Below, piece by piece: positions 1 through 8,261 of a stretch of DNA of 64,000 nt (within the stretch, counting starts at the first letter, position 1; each line of letters opens with the position of its first letter). The translations under genes were made by a program, and so were the position numbers. Source of the DNA: a virus (Duplodnaviria > Caudoviricetes); IMG/VR virus record IMGVR_UViG_3300021256_000002, positions 128,001 to 192,000 of that record. The stretch is one strand, 5' to 3'. Below the pieces are notes generated by a model. That model searched no databases. It had not been told where the DNA came from and saw only the letters and a program-made list of their open reading frames with translations.

Positions 1-77
1 TTGGCAATTGGAACTTATGGACATTTACACCCAAAGCACGCACAGATACAGATTCTAATATTTATTTCTGGAATATT

Positions 78-1850
78 ATGCAAGGATTCCTTAACGAATG
101 TAATATTAGATTAGGTAACAGATCGTTCAAAATTGAATCGGATGGTGATTGGGACGATGGAGCTATTGGCTTAGTTGATAGAACAGTTACCACTGAATCA
201 TATGAACAGACTATGGAAAAAACTGTTACTTATGGAGAAGAACTTGCTCCTAAGAACATGAACCATTTCAAGATAAGAGAAGATCGAAAAGATATGACTC
301 GTGGATATATGGACCCTGAAGTAATTTATAATCCTCCAAAGAATTTCAAGAATCTTGATCAGATATCTGGACTTGAATTGCAGACCTTCAAAGGGTTCAG
401 AAAGCTTGATGATGATATCAAGATGATTTTCCATTCAGGAAGTGATTATAACTGTATTGGATACATTCGCTGTCCTGAAACAGGTATTCAGCTGACAAAG
501 AGATGGATGCCTGAAGCATCCGGTCGTATTGAAAGATATGATTACTACATCAAAGACTCGAAAGGTCATGGTGGTAAATTCGAACTTTGGTTTAATCCTG
601 ATAGACATTATGCATCTGAAGCTGCTCTTGTATTGGAAGCAAGTGCGCATGGTGAAGAAATTTCTATGCAGGATGTAAAACGAAAGATTAGGTTTGTTGA
701 AGGTGATAAGGGTACAATGAATTCGGTATATGTAATGAATGGAAAGCAATATCGAGTTCGTGTAGAAACTCTTGTTGTGAGAAATCTTCATGGTGAACCT
801 CATATCTTCTTCCAGAAGAAAGACAAACCTTCTTCATATGGTCAGATGTATAAACTCCCAGGTGGGTCAGTTGAACCTAATAAGGATTGGGCTACTCAAG
901 CATCTGCTGAATGTAATGAAGAGATACTTACTAAGATAAAGAATATTCGATATACTGGAGTAAGTTATATCAAAGAGTATCCTCCAGGTAAAACTCCATC
1001 TTGGCAGAGAGCAAGTGTTCTCTATCAGAAAGGGGTAGATTATACTGGAGCTATTACCTTTGTATTCGTTGCTGAGTATGATGGTCCATATAAAAAATAC
1101 GTACATGCTATTGACAGAGACAGTCTTGCAAAGGAAGGTAAATGGTATCCAGTAAAAGATTTCAATCATCTCTGTAATGATGAGCACAAAGGAATCATCT
1201 ACGGAGTAAAGCTGGTATCTGATGAACCTTCTGCAGATGCAATGACTGAAGGTTTTCAACCAATAGAGGAGGTATCTGTTGTGAAGAAGATAGTTGGTAA
1301 AGTTTTCGGGAAAGATAAGCAAGCTACCAAAGAACGTCAGATGAGTGCTGAACGATTGAAGCGTCGTAAAGATGTAGTCAATCATACCTTCGATTTCGTT
1401 GGTAAGTTCCTAGCTAAAACGCTCAAGAATCCTGAATTTGCTAGATGCTTTACGAAAGATGAGAGTATGCTTCGTAAATGGGAACAAGGCGGAGGCAAAT
1501 ACACCACCGTCCTGTATTGGGATAAGAAGAGATTCAAAGGTAGTGACGAGGAATGGAATAAATACTATAAAGCATTTAGACGAGAAGTATCCATGCATCG
1601 TACAGATGTAAAAGGGTTTTCAATTGGTTGTGCAAGAGGTTCAAACTCTTCTAACGGTTTGATTCAATTGACTGACCATAGTAAGTTATGGAGACCTTTG
1701 AATGAGGTATTTGCAACCAAGGAGGATTATTCTTTGATGGGTTCGTTACCAAAAAAGAAAGTCCATCGCAAGGTTGTATCTCGTCATGCGATGAATGGTA
1801 AGAATAAGGTTAAAATCGTTAGTCAGGAGCAGTATCCTGATTGGTTCTAA
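78..1850 (+). CDS. NUDIX-domain multidomain protein, possibly virion-packaged
   Basis: 590 aa ORF; degenerate Nudix box KLPGGSVEPNKDWATQASAECNEEI; hydrophobic-X-E motifs (VLEAS, MTEG, PIEE) between domains. Confidence 0.6.
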   Translation: MQGFLNECNIRLGNRSFKIESDGDWDDGAIGLVDRTVTTESYEQTMEKTVTYGEELAPKNMNHFKIREDRKDMTRGYMDPEVIYNPPKNFKNLDQISGLELQTFKGFRKLDDDIKMIFHSGSDYNCIGYIRCPETGIQLTKRWMPEASGRIERYDYYIKDSKGHGGKFELWFNPDRHYASEAALVLEASAHGEEISMQDVKRKIRFVEGDKGTMNSVYVMNGKQYRVRVETLVVRNLHGEPHIFFQKKDKPSSYGQMYKLPGGSVEPNKDWATQASAECNEEILTKIKNIRYTGVSYIKEYPPGKTPSWQRASVLYQKGVDYTGAITFVFVAEYDGPYKKYVHAIDRDSLAKEGKWYPVKDFNHLCNDEHKGIIYGVKLVSDEPSADAMTEGFQPIEEVSVVKKIVGKVFGKDKQATKERQMSAERLKRRKDVVNHTFDFVGKFLAKTLKNPEFARCFTKDESMLRKWEQGGGKYTTVLYWDKKRFKGSDEEWNKYYKAFRREVSMHRTDVKGFSIGCARGSNSSNGLIQLTDHSKLWRPLNEVFATKEDYSLMGSLPKKKVHRKVVSRHAMNGKNKVKIVSQEQYPDWF

Positions 1851-1855
1851 GAAAA

Positions 1856-1889
1856 AGAAGAAAGAGTACCTAACAGTACTCTTTCTTCT
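1856..1889 (+). terminator. Intrinsic terminator
   Basis: agaagaaagagtac/gtactctttcttct inverted repeat right after the stop codon. Confidence 0.7.
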
Positions 1890-1916
1890 GTTCATTTTAT
1901 TTTCTAAATACCAATA

Positions 1917-1928
1917 CACATCTAACTA
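1917..1928 (+). promoter_or_regulatory. Late-type promoter CACA-N6-TA
   Basis: caca-tctaac-ta upstream of the SD of 1945; same spacing as the motif before structural genes. Confidence 0.5.
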
Positions 1929-1944
1929 AATTTTAGGAGGTGAT

Positions 1945-2931
1945 TTGATGCACCCTTTAGATGCAAAATCATATTCAGATTTATTCACTAAGGATAATCT
2001 GAAAGCCGATTATATTGAATTGATGAAAACATATCATCCTGATAGATATAAAGGTAGTGATGCAAGCAAAATTTGTGCTAAGATCAATGCGCTATACGAA
2101 GAGGCTAAAGCACATGTTAATGATGATACGTGGGGCGATGAATCCAATGTCATTTATATAACACGTAAAAATGATATAAAAATGCGTGTTAAATATCTAT
2201 ATCAGGGGATCAATGAAACCGGAGAATACTACATAGGTAATACCATAGTAATATTCTCCTTCACTAAAAAGAAATTTTTTGATAATTATTTGTCATCTGT
2301 AAAGAAAATAAAGTACGCCGATGATAAGATTAAAAATTATTTTAAGCGTTTTATGCCGGAAATAATTGATAGCTTTACATCGGTAGATGATAAATACTAT
2401 ATCGTTGTTAAGAAAACAGCCGACGTATATCCACTCTGGTTGGTTAAGGATATCTTTAAACAGAAAGAGCATGCTGCTTGGTTATCAACACGATTGTTTA
2501 ATCTTTCAGCATTTTTATCAACGAGTGGTATCGTGCATAATGGTATATCCATTAGCAATATATTTGTATCATTGGAATTTCATGGAGCTTCTCTCTTAGG
2601 TGGATGGCAGTACGCTACATCAGAGGGTAGCAAAATGATTGGAACCAATAAAGAAGTATATTCGGTAATGTCGCCAAGTACTAAAGCAAATAAGCTTGCT
2701 AATTATAATACAGATACGATGGCTATAAAACACATTATATGCAGATTACTTGGTGGTAAAACATATCGAGACTTTGTAAACATCGTTGGTGAGGTATGGG
2801 CTGACTTTCTTATGCAGAGTGAAGACCAACCAATCGACGTTGTTCATAAATGGGAAGATGTACGCGATAAATCATTTAAAGAGCACAGATTTGTCAAAGT
2901 AGATATTCCCGAAAATGTTTATACAAAATAG
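1945..2931 (+). CDS. J-domain (HPD) fused to protein-kinase-like pseudokinase domain
   Basis: N-terminal YIELMKTYHPD...KINALYEEA J-domain; kinase-like GIVHNGISISNIFV and LLGGW where HRD/DFG aspartates are absent. Confidence 0.7.
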   Translation: MMHPLDAKSYSDLFTKDNLKADYIELMKTYHPDRYKGSDASKICAKINALYEEAKAHVNDDTWGDESNVIYITRKNDIKMRVKYLYQGINETGEYYIGNTIVIFSFTKKKFFDNYLSSVKKIKYADDKIKNYFKRFMPEIIDSFTSVDDKYYIVVKKTADVYPLWLVKDIFKQKEHAAWLSTRLFNLSAFLSTSGIVHNGISISNIFVSLEFHGASLLGGWQYATSEGSKMIGTNKEVYSVMSPSTKANKLANYNTDTMAIKHIICRLLGGKTYRDFVNIVGEVWADFLMQSEDQPIDVVHKWEDVRDKSFKEHRFVKVDIPENVYTK

Positions 2932-2943
2932 GAGGTAATTATT

Positions 2944-3891
2944 ATGGGCTGTGGTTCTTGGACATCATCATCGTGGGATTCTTACAAAAAATCGAAGAGC
3001 ATTGACGATAGGTCAACTGTAAGTTCGATCTATCACTCTTCTGAGTGTAAAGACACGATGAATCCGAAGGGAGTAAACGTAAGAGAATCACGGGACTCGG
3101 ATGAACATCCGAATTCCAATGCAATTATCCTCGGGCTTGATGTTACTGGCTCGATGGGATCGACCGCAGAAACTATCGCAAAAGGTGGTCTGAATGATAT
3201 CATTACCGGAATATACGATAAGGATATCTTGGAAGACCCGCAGATAATGGTCGCTGCTATTGGCGATACGTATTATGATGAAGCACCTTTGCAGGTTGGT
3301 CAGTTTGAATCTGACATCCGTGCAGCTGAAAATCTGACGGATATTTGGTTTGAAGCCGGCGGCGGCGGAAATGGTGGAGAGTCATATTTGGCTCTTTGGT
3401 ATTTCGCGGCACGCCATACAAGCATTGACTGCTTCGAAAAGCGTGGCAAGAAAGGTGTTATCTTCACAATTGGAGATGAACCTTGCTGCGCAAGATTGCC
3501 GAAAGACCATATCGAAAAGTTTTTTGGTGATAAAGTACAGGCGGATATCAAAGCAGAAGATATTCTTGCTGAGGTATCAAAAATGTATGACGTGTATCAT
3601 ATTGGATTACGTGAATACGGATTCAATAAAGACGGGTATGGATTCTATCATGATGCAGAAAGTTTTTGGCCTGATCTTTTAGGCGAACGGGCTATGCTGA
3701 TTAAGGGCGAAAAAGATGAAAATCTTGATCGTATCCCTGCTATCATCAACGCAACGCTGGAATTGCGTATGGGACGTAAGTTAGAAGACGTTACCAAAGA
3801 CATGGATTCCTCCACTGCATTGGTTGTAAGAAATGCAGTTGGTGGGCTTAGCGCCGAAAAAGTTGGAAGTGGAGAGTTAGTGGAGTTTTAA
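2944..3891 (+). CDS. von Willebrand factor A domain protein
   Basis: MIDAS-type ILGLDVTGSMG, GGGGNGGESY and FTIGDE motifs. Confidence 0.85.
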   Translation: MGCGSWTSSSWDSYKKSKSIDDRSTVSSIYHSSECKDTMNPKGVNVRESRDSDEHPNSNAIILGLDVTGSMGSTAETIAKGGLNDIITGIYDKDILEDPQIMVAAIGDTYYDEAPLQVGQFESDIRAAENLTDIWFEAGGGGNGGESYLALWYFAARHTSIDCFEKRGKKGVIFTIGDEPCCARLPKDHIEKFFGDKVQADIKAEDILAEVSKMYDVYHIGLREYGFNKDGYGFYHDAESFWPDLLGERAMLIKGEKDENLDRIPAIINATLELRMGRKLEDVTKDMDSSTALVVRNAVGGLSAEKVGSGELVEF

Positions 3892-3893
3892 TC

Positions 3894-5075
3894 ATGAATG
3901 ATACACTTAGACCGATCCAAGTCGTCATCGGAGCAAATTACGGTGACGAAGGAAAAGGCCAGACGGTGTATGATATTGCTAAGAAGTTTAGAGCCGAGGG
4001 TTTTAAGAACGATGAAATCCTCGGTATAAAGTATAATGGCGGAGCCCAAGCAGGTCATACTGCAAAAGGCTTCGTTCATCATACTCTTTCTTCTGGTGGT
4101 ACACCGACTTATCTGGCAAGAGATTTTATATTCAATCCGGTGGCGTTAAATCGAGAATGTGTTGATTATATGGTCAAACGGATGATGCCGCCTGAAAAAG
4201 TATACGTTGATCCGAAGTGCCGTGTTACAACACCAGTCGATATATTGATGAATCAAATCATCGAGACCGTACGCAATAAAGATCGGCATGGGTCATGTGG
4301 AATGGGTATACATGCAACAATTGTGCGTAGTAAAACCCTTCCTCTTTTTGCAATAGATCTCATTAGCGATTCATTTAATCGAAGCATGTTCGCAAAAGCA
4401 ATATCAATTCATTTTGATGGGTTCTGCCAAGCAATTAGAGATATTCCTGAGCAATTTCAGGATATTGATATAGAATCTGTAATGAACGATTTCTATAAAG
4501 AGGCAGATCGTTGCTTAAAAGAATATGCATCCATTAGATCCCAAAAAGAAGTAGTTCCATTCGCAAGTAGATTTATCTTTGAAGGAAGCCAAGGATTACT
4601 TCTTGATATGGATAATAAAGATAATTATCCGCACGTAACTCCATCTCATCCCGGATCCCAATATGTGATTAAGTTAATACGCACTTACTTTACTCCCTTT
4701 AAAGAATGGGGTAATATCGGTGAATCTATAACGGTGAATTATGTACTGCGTACATTTGTCACACGACATGGAGCAGGCCCTCTCCCTCATGAAGAGGATA
4801 TCAAATATATTCTTGGTAAAAATGGGGAAGGTGACAGTACAAACATCCCTAATGAATGGCAAGGAACTATGCGATATGCAAAATACCCAGAAGATTATGG
4901 CTTGTCTCAGATAAACCATGATAGACAACTCTGGTATGACGCATGGATACATCCGGAATTTAAGCCAATTATTACATGGCAAGATGTTCGTCCTACGATT
5001 GCATCAGTATCTGGGGATCTGTCAATCGATGACTATATTAATACATTCATTTCATCGTTCACTCCATTCTCTTGA
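3894..5075 (+). CDS. Adenylosuccinate synthetase (PurA)-fold protein, divergent
   Basis: GANYGDEGKG, NGGAQAGHT, FEGSQGLLLD, YPHVTPS, TRHGAGPLP motifs; aspartate-binding loop and TKLD motif altered. Confidence 0.85.
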   Translation: MNDTLRPIQVVIGANYGDEGKGQTVYDIAKKFRAEGFKNDEILGIKYNGGAQAGHTAKGFVHHTLSSGGTPTYLARDFIFNPVALNRECVDYMVKRMMPPEKVYVDPKCRVTTPVDILMNQIIETVRNKDRHGSCGMGIHATIVRSKTLPLFAIDLISDSFNRSMFAKAISIHFDGFCQAIRDIPEQFQDIDIESVMNDFYKEADRCLKEYASIRSQKEVVPFASRFIFEGSQGLLLDMDNKDNYPHVTPSHPGSQYVIKLIRTYFTPFKEWGNIGESITVNYVLRTFVTRHGAGPLPHEEDIKYILGKNGEGDSTNIPNEWQGTMRYAKYPEDYGLSQINHDRQLWYDAWIHPEFKPIITWQDVRPTIASVSGDLSIDDYINTFISSFTPFS

Positions 5076-5080
5076 TACTG

Positions 5081-5120
5081 AAAATAACAGAGCGTGAATA
5101 AAATCATGCTCTGTTATTTT
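5081..5120 (+). terminator. Intrinsic terminator closing the J/vWA/PurA-like operon
   Basis: aaaataacagagc...gctctgttatttt inverted repeat. Confidence 0.7.
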
Positions 5121-5163
5121 CTATTTATGCGTTTATATATTAATAAATAAAGGAGGAATAAAA

Positions 5164-5547
5164 ATGGGTATTAAATTTAATTTGGATGATTTTGTTAATA
5201 AAATGGGTAATGATCCGATGAGTGTTAACATGAAAGAAGTTAATGAATCACGAATTTTAGAACTCGCGGATGCTCTTCAAGGTATGATACGTGATGGTAA
5301 AAAAATAAAGTATGATCACATATCCATTATCTCTGATGCAATGGATAAAGCTGGTGACCTTTGTAATATGTATTTATTAGTGATGCAATGCACTGGTAAA
5401 CAAAACGAAATTCCTGAAGATGTTATCAATGCGATTAAGTTCATACATACATTCGATAATGATAAAATCATGTCAATACTTGATGATGAATCGAAACATA
5501 TGATAGAAACAATGAAAAAATTTGATAATTTATTTGGAAAGAATTAA
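5164..5547 (+). CDS. Hypothetical protein
   Basis: 127 aa ORF with AAGGAGG SD and its own downstream hairpin terminator (~5549-5579). Confidence 0.7.
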   Translation: MGIKFNLDDFVNKMGNDPMSVNMKEVNESRILELADALQGMIRDGKKIKYDHISIISDAMDKAGDLCNMYLLVMQCTGKQNEIPEDVINAIKFIHTFDNDKIMSILDDESKHMIETMKKFDNLFGKN

Positions 5548-5610
5548 TAATAGGAGCAGGAATATTCCTGCTCCTATTTATGATAATGATATGAATTGAT
5601 TATCTGAAAT

Positions 5611-5627
5611 TTCAAATATATAATATA
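5611..5627 (+). promoter_or_regulatory. Early-type promoter TTCAAATATATAATATA
   Basis: Matches the motif recurring about 17 times upstream of non-structural genes. Confidence 0.7.
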
Positions 5628-5665
5628 CATACGTATGTTTATACTATATTTTAGGGGGTATTGTT

Positions 5666-6430
5666 ATGAAAAAGAAAGTTGATGTACATTTTTATGGTAC
5701 TGGCAATGCGTTTAGTACCAGACCGAACACAAGTTTTGGATTCGAATTGTGTACTAATTTAAAGACTATCTTTATCTTTGAAGTTCCTATGAGTACGACT
5801 AAACAGATTATTGATCAAGGGCGCTCAATACATGGCAACTTTGATAATGATAGTATTGCTTCTATCGTTATTTGCATATCGCATCTGCATGAAGATCATG
5901 CTGGTGGGTTATCGACTCTACTAGCATGGCTTAAATATGCTAAGAAGATACCTTTGGAAGATAAGGTTACCATCATTTGCCCAAATATAGATGATATGGA
6001 AACCTATTTGGACTTAACTTTACATTTACCAAATGAACAAAATCCGGTGATTACAGAGCAGTATTATCGTACGCGCCATATGGATACTATGGTAGAAATT
6101 CAGCCAGAAGATGTTGTTCATTGTAAGGATATGAACTCGGTTGGGTTTGATGTGACGGTAACACATCCTGCTGAAAGCAATTCGACTACCCAGTTCAGAT
6201 TCTATTATACTGGCGATTGTATTGAGATGCCCGCTCATATAGTTTCCCAATTCAATAAGCATGATATCGATATTCTTATTAGTGAAATTTCTGAGTTCCC
6301 AATAGAGCCATGGAATGTTCATTGCTCATATGAGTTCTTTAAAAAGAATTTCAACCCAGATGATATTCGTAACCGAATAATATTTGTACATTACAATTTC
6401 GATTATAAGAAAGTATTAAACTTGAATTAA
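5666..6430 (+). CDS. Metallo-beta-lactamase-fold phosphodiesterase (RNase Z/Apyc1-like)
   Basis: GTGNAF, SHLHEDHAGG (HxHxDH), VVH, YTGD, VHC and FVHY metal-binding motifs; 254 aa. Confidence 0.8.
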   Translation: MKKKVDVHFYGTGNAFSTRPNTSFGFELCTNLKTIFIFEVPMSTTKQIIDQGRSIHGNFDNDSIASIVICISHLHEDHAGGLSTLLAWLKYAKKIPLEDKVTIICPNIDDMETYLDLTLHLPNEQNPVITEQYYRTRHMDTMVEIQPEDVVHCKDMNSVGFDVTVTHPAESNSTTQFRFYYTGDCIEMPAHIVSQFNKHDIDILISEISEFPIEPWNVHCSYEFFKKNFNPDDIRNRIIFVHYNFDYKKVLNLN

Positions 6431-6448
6431 TCGATTTCAAAAAGAAAA

Positions 6449-6496
6449 ACCTCCTTTCAAATATATATCATATAGATAGTACATTTGAAAGGAGGT
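6449..6496 (+). promoter_or_regulatory. SD/anti-SD hairpin enclosing an early promoter (cassette A)
   Basis: acctcctttcaaat (6449-6462) is the perfect complement of atttgaaaggaggt (6483-6496); TTCAAATATATATCATA at 6456-6472. Confidence 0.75.
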
Positions 6497-6503
6497 GCTA
6501 AAG

Positions 6504-6677
6504 ATGAACGCTGATGTGCTAAATACAACACAGATCCAGTCTTTGGTTTCGCAGTTGACTATCGCGCATGGTCCAATTGCAGCCAAAGACTGGATCTTAA
6601 CACACATACATCCTGGGGTAAAACAGGCTGACGCAATGTCGGCTATGTTCAGGACGTATAAGAAAATGGTAGCTTAA
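6504..6677 (+). CDS. 57-aa peptide, AK(D/E)WIL family copy A
   Basis: SD gaaaggagg 8 nt before ATG 6504; clearly homologous to 54952-55125 and 55262-55432. Confidence 0.8.
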   Translation: MNADVLNTTQIQSLVSQLTIAHGPIAAKDWILTHIHPGVKQADAMSAMFRTYKKMVA

Positions 6678-6694
6678 CAGCTACTGTTTTAGTT

Positions 6695-6739
6695 AAAAAG
6701 GAGTAGCCGAAGCAACGCTCCTTTTTTACTTTTTTGTTA
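6695..6739. repeat. Conserved 3' element: hairpin/terminator plus minus-strand AACA-N6-TA promoter (cassette A)
   Basis: aggagtagccgaagcaacgctccttttttacttttttgtta; near-identical copies at 55149-55188 and 55455-55494. Confidence 0.8.
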
Positions 6740-7192
6740 ATATAATTTAGTATTTAGTACAATCAAATCTTCAACCGTTATATTATTTTTTCTCACGAAT
6801 TCTCTAATCTTTGGATTACTTTGATCTAATTTTTCACCTGTGATTTCGTTAAAGTTTATAGGTGGGCGCCTACCATGTATTATATCAGAGTATATTTGCT
6901 CAGCATGAGCAGTTACCCTTTTACGATATTTATCTAATTCAATTTCTTTTTGTCTTTCGCGTTCAGCTAATTGACGTTTACTCTCTTCAGCAGCCCTTTC
7001 TCGCTCTTTCAACCTTCTATAATCATAGTAGCTTCTAATTAATGGTTCGACGAAGAGCTGTTCAAATATTACCATTACCAAATAAGCAAAACTCAGACAG
7101 AGCATAGTTGGACCATCGATATTGCCAAATAAAAGTAACGCTAATAATATTAATGCTATCCACATAACAGATACCTCCTTGAATAAAAACAA
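6737..7192 (-). CDS. Membrane-anchored hypothetical protein
   Basis: Two hydrophobic N-terminal segments followed by a coiled coil; likely start at MWIALI after an AAGGAGG SD. Confidence 0.6.
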   Translation of the reverse strand: MFLFKEVSVMWIALILLALLLFGNIDGPTMLCLSFAYLVMVIFEQLFVEPLIRSYYDYRRLKERERAAEESKRQLAERERQKEIELDKYRKRVTAHAEQIYSDIIHGRRPPINFNEITGEKLDQSNPKIREFVRKNNITVEDLIVLNTKLY

Positions 7193-7298
7193 AACATACC
7201 GAATCGGTATGTTTTTTATTAATCAGTTGACTAAGCCCTTAGGATATATTAAAAGGGTAACGATTCGTTACCCTTTTAAAGATGATACATGTTCAAGG

Positions 7299-8111
7299 TC
7301 ATTTAACGACTTTGAATTTGCTTAGTTTCGCTTTATGAATTATCTCTTCAGGCGTATCAACCTTATTCATGCTATCTGAGAACTGTAATAACCATTCCCA
7401 AATGCAGCCTTTAACTTCACCAGGATCCATCTTCATACCGATACCACGTTCAACTATATCACGAATGTTTAATTCGGCAAACATGATTATTGCTAATTGA
7501 TGTACTTCAGCATTATCCCGTTCTCCATTCGGTACTTTAGCTAACGAGTTGACCATAGTCGAAAGTTCCGTATATAAACGACCTTTCTTAACTGGGTAGC
7601 TCATTGCTTTAGAATACATCACCAGTTTATTAATCGAGCTTGCCTCTAGTTTTCTAGCGAAAACACTCATTGCTCGAATAGGATCATATTTCTTAGAAGC
7701 AAAGATCCCAGTCTTTCTAATAGATGGAATCACTTCAGTCGCAAGCCATTTCTGGAAAGTTTTCGCTGTTTCATTCTTGGCCTTCATCGCCAATCCATAG
7801 AAAATACTTTCAGGAATGTACGCATCTTCTTTCTTAATTTCAATAGGATCGTAGATATAATCGAAACTATTGAGGTATTTAAGAACACGATTCCAACGAA
7901 TAAACTGATTTGTTTTTCGATCATATTTAGTTTTGTCGCCACTTGTGGCGACAAAAACAGTTTTCTTTTCATCAGTGAATCCAAGTCCGATACAAACATC
8001 AGATAAATTCACATACACTGTACCGTCTTCAACGGTATACCCGCGTACATTAATACTGAGCTCGATATTATCAAAGCTCTCGATTGTCGTTTTTTCATCT
8101 TGAATTTTCAT
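7299..8111 (-). CDS. Bro-N / antirepressor-like DNA-binding protein
   Basis: YIPESIFYGLAMKAKNETAKTFQKWLATEVIPSIRKTG is the Bro-N C-terminal signature; early motif at 8170-8185. Confidence 0.85.
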   Translation of the reverse strand: MKIQDEKTTIESFDNIELSINVRGYTVEDGTVYVNLSDVCIGLGFTDEKKTVFVATSGDKTKYDRKTNQFIRWNRVLKYLNSFDYIYDPIEIKKEDAYIPESIFYGLAMKAKNETAKTFQKWLATEVIPSIRKTGIFASKKYDPIRAMSVFARKLEASSINKLVMYSKAMSYPVKKGRLYTELSTMVNSLAKVPNGERDNAEVHQLAIIMFAELNIRDIVERGIGMKMDPGEVKGCIWEWLLQFSDSMNKVDTPEEIIHKAKLSKFKVVK

Positions 8112-8261
8112 GTCAATTCCTCCTCTATGAATAGAAATATTCTAGCTAAGCTTTTTAACTTAGCTAGAATATAATATATACTTAACTTTTATTTTGAAAA
8201 ATTCGTATTATTAATTTAATTTTATCGTACTATTTACAACTACCCAAAAGGAGGGATTCCT

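Noticed and set aside
3894-5075. PurZ / 2-aminoadenine (Z-genome) pathway
   Set aside because: The P-loop has PurA-type Asp (GDEGKG), not the PurZ Ser, and no DatZ/MazZ-like neighbours are recognisable
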